Positions 1 through 9,290 are shown, counted from the first letter of the stretch. The stretch: 25,400 nucleotides of DNA from Gammaproteobacteria bacterium (GCA_965222155.1 CBDCTH010000006.1:1-25400); one strand, 5' to 3'. Notes: generated by a model from the letters alone, not told the origin. Program-made: numbers and translations.

Positions 1-1279
1 CTATTTATTGACGTTTTCTGGCACATTGCCTACGTGAGCAGGCAAGCGGACTATTTTGTATATAAAGCTATGCCATACATGCGCTGATGGGCCTCTGTCT
101 ACCCACCAAACGGGCTGTTTGACCCCTTCAGGTGTCTGTTTAACACCCTTTTATGCCTGTTCCCCGTCATGCGGGCGCGCTGACCCCTTCCAGGTAACAC
201 AATCGTCGCATGTTATACACCAGGTTCAGCATCCCTATGGCCAACTCACTGCGCGCCAGCCCGATACAGCGTATCAGCTTGGCCCGGGTCGCACACTGCG
301 CCCCGAACACGTGCTCCACCCGCACCCGCACCTTGGCCCGCGTGCGGTTGCCCTGCTGCGCCCACGCCGTCAACGGCTTGTTGCGGCGCCCCTTGCGCTG
401 AATGTGGCTGCGGTAGCGCTGGGCCTGCAAGCGTTCCTCCTGCTCCCTGGAACGGTAGGCGCGGTCCGCCCATAACGCCTTGCTGCTGTTGTGCTCATCC
501 AACAACTCATCGAGCAGTTGGGAATCATGCACAGTCGCAGCGCTCACCGCATACGTGCGTATCAACTTGTGCTTGTTGTCCACGTTCACGTGATTCTTGT
601 ACCCGTAATGACTCCTGCCCCGCTGCTTCGTCCAACGTGCCTCCACGTCCTTCTGCCGCCGCTTGGATTTGGCTGCCTCATCGTCCCAGCCCGCAGGTGC
701 CTCCCCCGCCTTAAGCGCCGCATTCTCCTCGCGCGTGTTGCGCTGCACCGGCACCGGCACCAGGGAGGCATCCACCCACTGCCCCGTGCGTGCCTGATAC
801 CCCAAGTCTGCCAACTGCTCGGCAAAGCGCGTAAATAACGTATCCATCAGGCCCAACCTCACCAACTTCTCCCGAAACGCCCAGAAGGTCTTCGCAGCCG
901 GTGCCCGACGCACATTATCCAACCCCATAAACCGCTGAAAACTGCGCCGATCTTCAAGCTGATATTCCAACTGCTCATCACTCAACCCGTACAAATGCTG
1001 TAGCACCAACCCCTTGAACAGCAGCACCTCATCCCGACGCGGCGCACCCGCCTTGCTCTTGCGGGTCGTGGGACGGATACGCACCAATAGCGGACGAAAT
1101 GCCTCCCAGTCCACTACCTCACCCAACCGCACCAGAGGATCCTTCAGTTTATTCAAGCGGGTGTCTTGCAAGTCAAACAACGAACCGAATATGTCTTGTG
1201 TCTTCATGAAACCACCTTGAGGAAAGAGTTGAAATAAGTCACCGCTATTATATCATCTGACCGAATAAATAGAGGTTCC
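1..1279 (-). mobile_element. IS5-family insertion sequence, one end cut by the window edge
   Basis: 1263-1279 reads GGAACCTCTATTTATTC on the minus strand; the window begins CTATTTATT, the inner part of the matching inverted repeat. It encloses a DDE transposase. The target duplication cannot be checked. Confidence 0.85.
167..1207 (-). CDS. IS5-family DDE transposase
   Basis: 346 aa; DPLVRL..VDWEAFR N-terminus, WVDASLV, DVEARWTK..HYGYKNH, ADRAY and RVRVEHVFG motifs typical of IS5-group transposases. Confidence 0.93.
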   Translation of the reverse strand: MKTQDIFGSLFDLQDTRLNKLKDPLVRLGEVVDWEAFRPLLVRIRPTTRKSKAGAPRRDEVLLFKGLVLQHLYGLSDEQLEYQLEDRRSFQRFMGLDNVRRAPAAKTFWAFREKLVRLGLMDTLFTRFAEQLADLGYQARTGQWVDASLVPVPVQRNTREENAALKAGEAPAGWDDEAAKSKRRQKDVEARWTKQRGRSHYGYKNHVNVDNKHKLIRTYAVSAATVHDSQLLDELLDEHNSSKALWADRAYRSREQEERLQAQRYRSHIQRKGRRNKPLTAWAQQGNRTRAKVRVRVEHVFGAQCATRAKLIRCIGLARSELAIGMLNLVYNMRRLCYLEGVSAPA

Positions 1280-1341
1280 TTGTATAACAATGTGTGTTAT
1301 ACGCCATTTGTAATAGATGAATATGACTTACAATGATTCTC

Positions 1342-2712
1342 TCAGTAGGGGTCGATGCCGCCTTTAATCATCTTTCCCTGTACCCACACTTTGGTGATAT
1401 CGTGCCGGTCCGTATTGTAGATGATCTTCTGCAGCATATCCTCATGGGTATCCAGCCCTTCCCACAGGTTCAGATTTGTGTCCTTGTCGTTTGCATCAAT
1501 CACAATCGCGTCAAAAGCGTAACCTTTCTTGAATAAGCCGACCTTGAGGTCCAGGGCCAGACCGCCGGCCGTCGTTGCCATCCAGAACGCCTCCCTGAAA
1601 TCGATTCTGGAACCGGATGTCCCCCGTTTGTCACTATCGGTATCAGGATCGACCCCCTCTTCCAGTGCGCGGGATGCCGTGACAGCCATTGAGCAGTTAC
1701 GTAACAAGCTGGGAGAAGGCCCGCCTGAGATGTCCGTACCCAATCCTACTTTCAGGCCGCGGTCCAAGGCTTTTCTTGCCGGGAATACCGCATTGGAAAA
1801 GTAGTAATTCGATAAGGGGCAATGCGCGATGCCCGTTTGCGCCTGTTTGATGGTATCCATGTCTTCATCACCTATGAAGTTGGCATGGGCCAGCACCGTC
1901 TTATCCGTTAACAGGCCGAATTGTTTCAGGCTTTGGGTATCATGCTTGCCGTGCCTGTCGATCACGTAGGTATGTTCCCAGTCACTTTCGGAACAATGGG
2001 TTTGTATATGGCAGTCGTATTGCCGGGCAATTTTACCTAACCCCGTGAGCATCTCATCGGTACAAGAGGGGATAAACCGGGGGGTGACCACGGGCTTGAT
2101 CAGGCTTGTTTCATTACCTGACAATTCATTTATGTATTGAATTAATGCTCGCGTGTCCTCAAGTCCCCGTTCGGTGGATGTATCGCGATAAAATTCAGGG
2201 CACTCTGCCGGGTTGTCCATGGCCACTTTCCCGACCAGCCCGCGCTGCCCCTTCGCCAGGCAAATATCGGCCAGACGTTGAGTGGCTTCCAGATGGATGG
2301 TGCCGAAATACAACGCAGTGGTCGTTCCGTTGGCTATAAGGTTATCTACCAGTGAGTTATACACTGTTTCGGCAAAATCCACGTCTTTGTATTTTGCCTC
2401 AAGCGGGAAGGTATATTGCTGCAACCAGTCATACAACGGCAGATGCAGGGCCTTGCCGAGTTGCGGCCATTGCGGCGCATGGATATGCAGGTCAACCAGA
2501 CCAGGCAATAAATATTGACCGGCAGCAAGCTGTACTAACCTGTTGTGCCCAGCTGCCTGGCGCCTTACTCCCTCGTAACTGTCGTTGCCGGCCTGGTGTA
2601 TTGCCGCGATATTCCCCATATCGTCCACTAGGATCAACGCATCTGCAAGCACCTCGATTTCACCACATACCGGCGCATGAATCAGCGTTCCACAAACAGT
2701 AATATTACTCAT
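1342..2712 (-). CDS. guaD: Guanine deaminase (amidohydrolase superfamily)
   Basis: PGLVDLHIHAPQ, VTPRFIPSC, QTHCSE, AHCPLSN, GLGTDISGG motifs; purine gene context. Confidence 0.93.
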   Translation of the reverse strand: MSNITVCGTLIHAPVCGEIEVLADALILVDDMGNIAAIHQAGNDSYEGVRRQAAGHNRLVQLAAGQYLLPGLVDLHIHAPQWPQLGKALHLPLYDWLQQYTFPLEAKYKDVDFAETVYNSLVDNLIANGTTTALYFGTIHLEATQRLADICLAKGQRGLVGKVAMDNPAECPEFYRDTSTERGLEDTRALIQYINELSGNETSLIKPVVTPRFIPSCTDEMLTGLGKIARQYDCHIQTHCSESDWEHTYVIDRHGKHDTQSLKQFGLLTDKTVLAHANFIGDEDMDTIKQAQTGIAHCPLSNYYFSNAVFPARKALDRGLKVGLGTDISGGPSPSLLRNCSMAVTASRALEEGVDPDTDSDKRGTSGSRIDFREAFWMATTAGGLALDLKVGLFKKGYAFDAIVIDANDKDTNLNLWEGLDTHEDMLQKIIYNTDRHDITKVWVQGKMIKGGIDPY

Positions 2713-2724
2713 TGCCAGGGTAAC

Positions 2725-3255
2725 TTAACCGTCAGAGGGGATGCCAAGCAGCTCTTCAAGCCGAAATCCTGCGATCCTGAAAACCTGTCCCAGGCATTCA
2801 TCGAACTCATCTTGCGGACTGTTCTCCAGGCGCTCCCGGAAACGCTTGAGGATTTCGTCGGGGTCAAGACCTTTTACTGCCAGGATGAACGGGAACCCGA
2901 ATTTATCCCGGTAGCGCTGATTCAACTGCGCCAGCATTTCAGTCCTGCCGCCCTCACCCTTTTTCAATCCGGCCTGTTTTTGCTCACGCTCAGAGTATCC
3001 TGTTAAAGGTTTTCTGACGCCCAATTCCGGGTGTGCCCGCAACAAGGTGAGTTGCTGCTCGCGCCCGGCATTCCTGACGGCCTCACACAGCGTTTCAACC
3101 ACATGCGCGTCACTCTTGAACGGTCTGGACTGCCACGCCGCAGCGGCCACCCAGGGCGACGCTTCAAAAACACCACCGAAAACGGCAACATAGGCATTCC
3201 TGCCCATAGCATTGATATCATCAAGCCGGTATTGGACGGAAGAAGTGTCTGTCAC
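2725..3255 (-). CDS. uraD: OHCU decarboxylase
   Basis: FEASPWVA, LLRAHPELG, SEREQ..AGL, LNQRYRDKFGFPFILAVKG, IAGFRL motifs; GTG start. Confidence 0.92.
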   Translation of the reverse strand: MTDTSSVQYRLDDINAMGRNAYVAVFGGVFEASPWVAAAAWQSRPFKSDAHVVETLCEAVRNAGREQQLTLLRAHPELGVRKPLTGYSEREQKQAGLKKGEGGRTEMLAQLNQRYRDKFGFPFILAVKGLDPDEILKRFRERLENSPQDEFDECLGQVFRIAGFRLEELLGIPSDG

Positions 3256-3365
3256 GGGAAATGAATCATTTTCGATACACTATAAAAATTTACCTGCATA
3301 CTCAATGTAGTCAATAATATTGTAACCGAACACCTGACCTCTATAATAAATCAGCCATCCACAAT

Positions 3366-4523
3366 CTACAAAACCGCCGACTTGTCCTTGATAAACAGCC
3401 ACCTGCCCGAAGCGAACAGGACAAACAGCAAACCGGCTGCTATAAAAACAAAGGGAAAGCCCTGGGGGTCCCATATGTCCATGGCGACGCCGGTGATGGA
3501 GGGCCCCGTCAGGCTGCCTATGCCCCAGAGGATACCGATGGAGATATTGGCCGTGACCAGTTCCCTACCCCGGAAACGCTGGCCGACTATGGTCAGAACC
3601 AGCGTGTACATACCGGTAAACAGGCCGCCCCAGATAAACAGTAGGACCCAGAGAAAATGGCCCATACCGATGGCGTAAGGTAACAGGAAAGTGCCTGACA
3701 ATGTCCCCACGCCGCAGAGTACAAGCATCCAGTAACGGTTGCATTTATCCGACAGCCATCCGACAGGATAAGCCAGGGTCACCCCTCCCAGGCCCGACAC
3801 CGTCAACATGATCGCGGCCTGTGTCTCACTCAGGCCACTGCGAATGCCGTACACCGGCAGTAATGACATCCCGGCAGTTTCTTTCCAGGCGAACAGCAGC
3901 ACGGCGGCAACCAGGGTCGGCGCCACAAATACGAACGAAAAAATATTGAAGGAGGCATCTTCATGTGGCGACAGGTAATGCGAGCCCGTCCAGAACAGCG
4001 GTATTGCCGCCAGTATAATGAACAACGCGCCGACAAGAAACGGTGTCCAGCCCTCTATACCCGTTACCGGGATAACCAGCGGACCCAGCGCGATGGCTGC
4101 GGCGAACAATGCATTATAGAGGCCCATTAGCCGCCCGCGATGGGTGTCACTGACTATTTCGTTGATCCAGGTCTCACTGGTTACCAGCAGACAGTTGGTT
4201 GTGACGCCTATCATCATGCCCAGGGCAAACCAGACATACAGGTGGTCAAAGCGTGGATATTGCAGTAGCACACATAAGTCGAGGGCCAGACAAAGCACCA
4301 GAAACCGCTGCATACCCAACTTTTCGATCATTATCGGAATGAACGGGGCGGAAATTAATATGCCAATGGCAGGCATGGCCGCATTCAGCCCGATAAAGGT
4401 ACGCTCAAAGCCGCGCGCTTCCAGGATAAGGGCCAGCAACGGGCGGCTCAACCCCATGGTGAAGCCGTAGATAGCCGCACAGGCGAAGATGGCGTACAAA
4501 GCCTTGTTTCGGTTGTTTCTCAC
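3366..4523 (-). CDS. MFS transporter (YcaD-like), substrate unknown
   Basis: 385 aa, about 12 hydrophobic segments, ETWINE..RGRLMGLY and GWLSDKCNR loop motifs. Confidence 0.85.
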   Translation of the reverse strand: MRNNRNKALYAIFACAAIYGFTMGLSRPLLALILEARGFERTFIGLNAAMPAIGILISAPFIPIMIEKLGMQRFLVLCLALDLCVLLQYPRFDHLYVWFALGMMIGVTTNCLLVTSETWINEIVSDTHRGRLMGLYNALFAAAIALGPLVIPVTGIEGWTPFLVGALFIILAAIPLFWTGSHYLSPHEDASFNIFSFVFVAPTLVAAVLLFAWKETAGMSLLPVYGIRSGLSETQAAIMLTVSGLGGVTLAYPVGWLSDKCNRYWMLVLCGVGTLSGTFLLPYAIGMGHFLWVLLFIWGGLFTGMYTLVLTIVGQRFRGRELVTANISIGILWGIGSLTGPSITGVAMDIWDPQGFPFVFIAAGLLFVLFASGRWLFIKDKSAVL

Positions 4524-4544
4524 ACCAGGACGGGTAACAGAACG

Positions 4545-5462
4545 TTATTCTGTCTTATAGGGATGTTTCTCATGCCAGTGTCTGGCGATTTCAACGCGCC
4601 GGCAGATCCAGACGTCATCATGTTGCTGTACGTAGTCAAGAAAACGTTGTAATGAAGCCGCCCTTCCGGGTTTGCCGACGATCCGGCAGTGCAAACCCAC
4701 GGACATCATCTTCGGCGCCGCCTCCCCTTCCCTGTATAACACGTCGAATGCATCCTTGAGGTACGTGAAAAACTGCTCCCCGGTATTGAAGCCCTGATTG
4801 GTGGCAAAACGCATATCATTGGCGTCCAGGGTGTACGGCACGATCAAATGAGGTCTGTCACTCACCAGTTCCCAGTAGGGCAAATCGTCCGCGTAGGAAT
4901 CCGCGTCGTACAGAAACCCGCCATGTTCAACGACCAGACGGCGGGTATTCGGGCTGTCACGGCCGGTATACCAGCCCAGCGGCGGACTGCCGGTCAACGC
5001 AGTAAGCGTATCCACCGCCAGTTTTATGTGGGTGCGCTCGGTCTCCTCATCGATAAACTGGTAATTGATCCAGCGCCAGCCGTGACTGGCTATCTCGTGC
5101 CCGTCTTCCATTATGGCCCGCACGGCTTCCGGGTTACGCTGCAAAGCCATGGCCACAGCGAAAACGGTGACCTTGACGTCACGTTCGCGGAAAATCCGCA
5201 GTAACCGCCAGAGCCCGGTGCGGCTGCCATATTCATAGAGGGATTCCATGCTCTTGTGGCGCACGCCGGCACAGGCCTCGGCGCCGATAATCTCGGATAA
5301 AAAGGTCTCCGACGCCGCATCACCATGCAATATGGAACTTTCCGCACCCTCCTCATAGTTGAGCACGATCTGCAAGGCGAGGCGCGCGCCGTCCGGCCAC
5401 TGCGGATGGGGTGCGTTTGCCCCATAGCCGATTAAATCGCGCGGGTAAACCGGTTCGCTCAT
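4545..5462 (-). CDS. puuE: Allantoinase PuuE (polysaccharide deacetylase fold)
   Basis: YPRDLIGYG, LNYEEGAE, ESLYEYGSR, HGWRW, GWYTGR, PYTLDANDMRF, MMSVGLHCR. Start placed at ATG 5462; 5474 is possible. Confidence 0.93.
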   Translation of the reverse strand: MSEPVYPRDLIGYGANAPHPQWPDGARLALQIVLNYEEGAESSILHGDAASETFLSEIIGAEACAGVRHKSMESLYEYGSRTGLWRLLRIFRERDVKVTVFAVAMALQRNPEAVRAIMEDGHEIASHGWRWINYQFIDEETERTHIKLAVDTLTALTGSPPLGWYTGRDSPNTRRLVVEHGGFLYDADSYADDLPYWELVSDRPHLIVPYTLDANDMRFATNQGFNTGEQFFTYLKDAFDVLYREGEAAPKMMSVGLHCRIVGKPGRAASLQRFLDYVQQHDDVWICRRVEIARHWHEKHPYKTE

Positions 5463-5522
5463 AGCCCGTATCATCGATGAATGTTCAATTTGCCGCTACT
5501 GTACAGGCCAAGCAGAGAAAAA

Positions 5523-5536
5523 ACCATTATAATGGT
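5523..5536. promoter_or_regulatory. Perfect palindrome ACCATTATAATGGT carrying TATAAT on both strands
   Basis: Lies in the divergent puuE/alc intergenic region; candidate -10 box and/or operator. Confidence 0.45.
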
Positions 5537-5555
5537 GCCGGTATTCCAGATCTAA

Positions 5556-5905
5556 GCCGGATTTCTCACTAGGTGATGCGATGATCGCGCCGGATTTTTG
5601 CCGCCAGCGGGCGCCTGCGACCGAAAGCATAGCCGTAGTTGATGTGCGCCCTCCATGGCGCGCACCCTGCGGGCATCCTTCGGATGTCCAAATCTGCTCC
5701 AGGCAGATTTGTCTGGTTGAGGGACAAATTGTCAGGACAGACAATTTGCACGGTGACAGCCGCCCGCAGGGTTGCGTACATGGATGTGCGCAATGAACGC
5801 ATCAAGCGCAGTCTATTATGTTGATATAGTGAGCAGATTATCATAACGTATTGACAGCACATTGACGTTTCCGATAGCAACCAGCGACCTGGTGGGAAAT
5901 CCGGG
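5556..5905. mobile_element. MITE-like element, copy 1 (350 bp, with nested hairpin inserts)
   Basis: 16-bp TIRs (13/16 match) at 5556-5571 and 5890-5905, flanked by CTAA at 5552-5555 and 5906-5909; homologous to 11756-11996. Confidence 0.75.
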
Positions 5906-5929
5906 CTAAGCATTTTATACAACTGCATA

Positions 5930-7000
5930 ATGAGCGATAACGAACGACTGACGGATATTAAACATGCTTTCGTCGACCTGGCTGACGAACGTCTGGGTAC
6001 TGAAGCGATTTATTGTACGGACGACTTCTTTGCGCCTATGCAAAACATATTGAACCCGAGAGATCCGGTATTCGTTGCCGACAAGTTTACCGATCGCGGC
6101 AAGTGGATGGACGGCTGGGAATCGCGGCGTAAACGCAACGGCGATTATGATTACTGCATCGTACAATTTGGCGTATCCGGCATTATCAAGGCCGTGGACG
6201 TGGATACGCGGCATTTCACGGGTAATTATCCTGCACAAGCCTCACTGGACACCTGTAATTCGGAAAAACCACCTGATGAAACGACCCAGTGGACCGAGAT
6301 CGTCCCCAGGTCCAACCTGGAAGGCGATTCCCATAACTTGTTTGACTCGGATAATACGGCTATCTGGACCCACGCCCGCTTGAATATTTATCCTGATGGT
6401 GGCGTTGCGCGTCTGCGTATATACGGCAATGTCTATCGCGACTGGAGCGACGTTAAACGCACAAAAATGGTTGACCTGGCTGCGGTGGAAAACGGCGGCC
6501 GCTCGCTCGCCTGCAACGATGAACATTTCGGCGCCATGGGGAATATCATCATGCCCGGGAAAGGCATCAACATGGGTGATGGCTGGGAAACGCGACGCCG
6601 GCGCGACGCCGGCCATGACTGGCTCATCCTGCAACTGGGTCATGCCGGGAAAATCGAGATGATTAATGTTGATACCGCCTTTTTTAAGGGAAACTATCCG
6701 GACCGGGTCAGCCTGGATGCGCTTTACCTGCCAGGGTTCAATCGTGATGCGCCTTCACTGGAAGAAGTAGCCTGGCACGACGTGTTGGGATTGATGCTGG
6801 AAATGGACCCGGACGCGCTCCTCAGGGATGGCGTTACCTGGCAACCACTCCTGCATGAACAGAAACTGGGCCCGGATAAAGAGCACTGGTTCAAGGAGCA
6901 GTTGGAGGACACAGGACCGGTGAGTCATATCAGGATCAACATGCATCCCGACGGCGGCATCAGCCGTTTCCGGGTTTATGGCTATAAATACCGGGAATAA
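5930..7000 (+). CDS. alc: Allantoicase
   Basis: Two repeated domains: MDGWESRRKR..DTRHFTGNYP..PDGGVARLR and MGDGWETRRRR..DTAFFKGNYP..PDGGISRFR. Confidence 0.94.
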   Translation: MSDNERLTDIKHAFVDLADERLGTEAIYCTDDFFAPMQNILNPRDPVFVADKFTDRGKWMDGWESRRKRNGDYDYCIVQFGVSGIIKAVDVDTRHFTGNYPAQASLDTCNSEKPPDETTQWTEIVPRSNLEGDSHNLFDSDNTAIWTHARLNIYPDGGVARLRIYGNVYRDWSDVKRTKMVDLAAVENGGRSLACNDEHFGAMGNIIMPGKGINMGDGWETRRRRDAGHDWLILQLGHAGKIEMINVDTAFFKGNYPDRVSLDALYLPGFNRDAPSLEEVAWHDVLGLMLEMDPDALLRDGVTWQPLLHEQKLGPDKEHWFKEQLEDTGPVSHIRINMHPDGGISRFRVYGYKYRE

Positions 7001-7007
7001 CAAAGAC

Positions 7008-7568
7008 ATGGAAAAACTATACATCCGTTCACAGGAGTTGCTGGAAGATTCTTTCAGGCTGGCCGCGGCGATCTATGCCAGTGGCTTCCGCCCGCATTTC
7101 ATCATGGGGATATGGCGGGGTGGTTCACCGGTTGGTATTGCCGTGCAGGAATATTTTGAATTTCGCGGAGTGGAAACGGATCACATCGCCATCCGCACCT
7201 CTTCTTACACTGCCATAGGTGAACAATCGAACATCATTCGCGTACACGGCCTGCATTACATTATTGAAAACGTCAATGCGGAAGATTCCCTGCTCATCGT
7301 TGATGACGTATTCGATTCAGGCAGGAGCATCAAGGCGGTACTGGATGAACTGGAGGAAAAGACCCGGCGTAATATGCCTTCCGATCTGAAAATCGCCTGC
7401 CCCTGGTACAAGCCCAGCAACAGAAAAGTAGCCATCGTACCGGACTATTACATCCATAAAACCGATAAATGGCTGGTGTTTCCCCACGAACTTGCCGGCT
7501 TGACCCTGGATGAGATAAGAACGGGTAAAGAGGACCTGAGGCAAATCTGCGACCTGCTGGGAGACTGA
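7008..7568 (+). CDS. Type I phosphoribosyltransferase (purine salvage-like)
   Basis: GIWRGG and LIVDDVFDSGRS PRPP-binding loop, WLVFPHE; ATG 7008 follows the alc stop by 7 nt. Confidence 0.88.
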   Translation: MEKLYIRSQELLEDSFRLAAAIYASGFRPHFIMGIWRGGSPVGIAVQEYFEFRGVETDHIAIRTSSYTAIGEQSNIIRVHGLHYIIENVNAEDSLLIVDDVFDSGRSIKAVLDELEEKTRRNMPSDLKIACPWYKPSNRKVAIVPDYYIHKTDKWLVFPHELAGLTLDEIRTGKEDLRQICDLLGD

Positions 7569-7625
7569 CCTCTCACACGCCTGAGACGTGTTGAAATCCT
7601 TATAAATACAGGGGTTTTTGCAAGG

Positions 7626-7687
7626 GTGAAAAAAACGAACCTGACCCGACAATATAACCGGCTGGTAAAGTTAGCGGGAGTGGCTGT
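7626..7687 (+). repeat. 62-bp direct repeat, copy 1
   Basis: GTGAAAAAAACGAACCTGACCCGAC...GGGAGTGGCTGT, identical to 8698-8759. Confidence 0.95.
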
Positions 7688-7742
7688 CCACAAAGCCGAA
7701 GATTTCTGAAAGAAGTCGATATATAATTCATGAATTCACTGG

Positions 7743-8231
7743 TTATTCGCCACTCGTTGTCGACCATAGTCGCGGGTCAACGTGCGCGGGTAATGGACGG
7801 TGGACAACAATTAAGGAAAAATCTGCGTGCTCCTGGTTGAAGAGCAGGTTGGATTCAACGGGAGACACTGTGGAAGGCACCCACAGTAGCGCGGTCTCGC
7901 CTCGGTCGTACCAGTCGTCTCCAATAGTGCGGTACGGCGTATAATCGCTCAACGCCGACGCCGGCAAATCCGCATGGCCAAGCTTTTCCTGCTTGATGGT
8001 GTCTGGAACGTCCACCGTAACAGTGACAAGCGTAGGTGGCAGTGCGCTGGTTTGCCAGTGGACGAGGTTTTCCAGCAGCGCGAGCGCGAAGGTTTCGGCG
8101 GCATGTACCACCCATCGTCCAGGACTGATCCAGCGACTACCCTGCCGATGCGTACCCGCGCCGTCAAACGGCGGATACTTCGGACTGACGATGCGATAGG
8201 CGCGAGTGATCGTATCAGGCGGGGAGGCCAT
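7743..8231 (-). CDS. RES-domain toxin (NAD+-targeting family)
   Basis: AYRI..FDGAG..GSRW, ALALLE.LVH, VPSTVSPVESNLLFNQEH motifs; overlaps the upstream antitoxin. Confidence 0.9.
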   Translation of the reverse strand: MASPPDTITRAYRIVSPKYPPFDGAGTHRQGSRWISPGRWVVHAAETFALALLENLVHWQTSALPPTLVTVTVDVPDTIKQEKLGHADLPASALSDYTPYRTIGDDWYDRGETALLWVPSTVSPVESNLLFNQEHADFSLIVVHRPLPAHVDPRLWSTTSGE

Positions 8232-8655
8232 GCAGGCCGCGTTCGATGATTTCTTCTACCTCGCGGCCACCGATTTCGGTCAGCGCCACGTCGAACGGCG
8301 CACGTCCATCGAGTTCCGGGTGCGTATTCATCATAAAGCGCGTCGCAGCAGCCTGATCCTCAAATACGGACAACGCCAGGGCGTACAAACGCGCCATCCG
8401 CTCTGTGGTTTCACTCACTTGCAGGTTGAAGCGGTCCACTCGCTGATACGTGGCGCGTGGCACAATCTTATTGCGAAGTTGTACTGCCATAGCGCGGTAC
8501 GGTGTGGCGCCGATCAGGGCGATAAAGGTATCCAAAGCGGCTTTTGGCATACCTTCCCGTACGATGTCATCAAGCTCACGCATGCTCCTCACACGACAGC
8601 CGAGCACTCGTCGCCCACCCAATACATCCGCAATTTGTTCCACTGTAATACTCAT
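8215..8655 (-). CDS. Xre/MbcA/ParS-type antitoxin
   Basis: IVPRATYQR, ERMARLYALALSVF, HPELDGRAP..TEIGGREVE motifs; ATG 8655 lies 8 nt after a -10 box. Confidence 0.9.
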   Translation of the reverse strand: MSITVEQIADVLGGRRVLGCRVRSMRELDDIVREGMPKAALDTFIALIGATPYRAMAVQLRNKIVPRATYQRVDRFNLQVSETTERMARLYALALSVFEDQAAATRFMMNTHPELDGRAPFDVALTEIGGREVEEIIERGLHGLPA

Positions 8656-8663
8656 GTGAGACA

Positions 8664-8692
8664 ACTCTACGCCTCATATAAGGCATTGTCAA
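8664..8692 (-). promoter_or_regulatory. Sigma70 promoter of xre-res with a palindromic operator in the spacer
   Basis: TTGACA-17 nt-TAGAGT on the minus strand; the spacer holds the imperfect palindrome GCCTCATATAAGGC (8671-8684). Confidence 0.7.
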
Positions 8693-8697
8693 GCCGC

Positions 8698-8759
8698 GTG
8701 AAAAAAACGAACCTGACCCGACAATATAACCGGCTGGTAAAGTTAGCGGGAGTGGCTGT
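8698..8759 (+). repeat. 62-bp direct repeat, copy 2
   Basis: Identical to 7626-7687. Confidence 0.95.
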
Positions 8760-8835
8760 TATGCAGCAGAACTCAGTGACGTCGACATACGGTTAAGCTA
8801 CACTAAAAAATGAATTTATTACAAATGGTAAGCCC

Positions 8836-9288
8836 ATGAAGATAGAAAAAACCTTTGCTGTGGATGCGCCGCAACAAGTTGTCTGGGATTTTATTACCTC
8901 GCCTGAACAGGTTGCACCCTGTATTCCCGGTTGCGCAGGCGCCGAAGAAACGGCGCCGGGTAAATACCAGGCGGTCATCAAGACAAAAGTCGGGCCGATA
9001 AAAACCACGTTTAAAGTTGCCATTGAAACCTCCGAGGAGCGGCCGCCGGAATTTGCCGCCTACACGACTGCCGGTGAGGAAGGCAGCCGCGCCAGCCTGA
9101 TAAAAGCCTCAAGCACCTTGAGTCTGAGACAGCTTGATGAGAATAAAACGGAAGTGGCCTACCAGTCCGAGATAAATATGCTGGGCCGACTGGGAAAATT
9201 CGGCTCCGGACTGATGCAGAAGGTCGCCGATTCAATCGGTAACGAATTTGTTGCTACAATGCAGGATAGAATTAAATCGGGGGAGTAA
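8836..9288 (+). CDS. coxG: CoxG / SRPBCC-family protein
   Basis: F.VDAP..VW..I..PE.VAPCIPG, KVGPIK..F, GRLGKFGSGLM motifs. Confidence 0.82.
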   Translation: MKIEKTFAVDAPQQVVWDFITSPEQVAPCIPGCAGAEETAPGKYQAVIKTKVGPIKTTFKVAIETSEERPPEFAAYTTAGEEGSRASLIKASSTLSLRQLDENKTEVAYQSEINMLGRLGKFGSGLMQKVADSIGNEFVATMQDRIKSGE

Positions 9289-9290
9289 CA

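Noticed and set aside
1-1279. The IS5 transposase as mobiliser of the MITE copies
   Set aside because: Its inverted repeat (GGAACCTCTATTTATTC) does not resemble the MITE TIRs.
1282-1302. GTATAACA..TGTTATAC hairpin as an integron attC site or terminator
   Set aside because: Too short for attC, with no L boxes; AT-rich stem with no U-tract.
5496-5928. Short ORFs over the MITE copies, with similar peptides at 11663-12019
   Set aside because: The similarity comes from the DNA repeat; starts and lengths are not conserved between copies.
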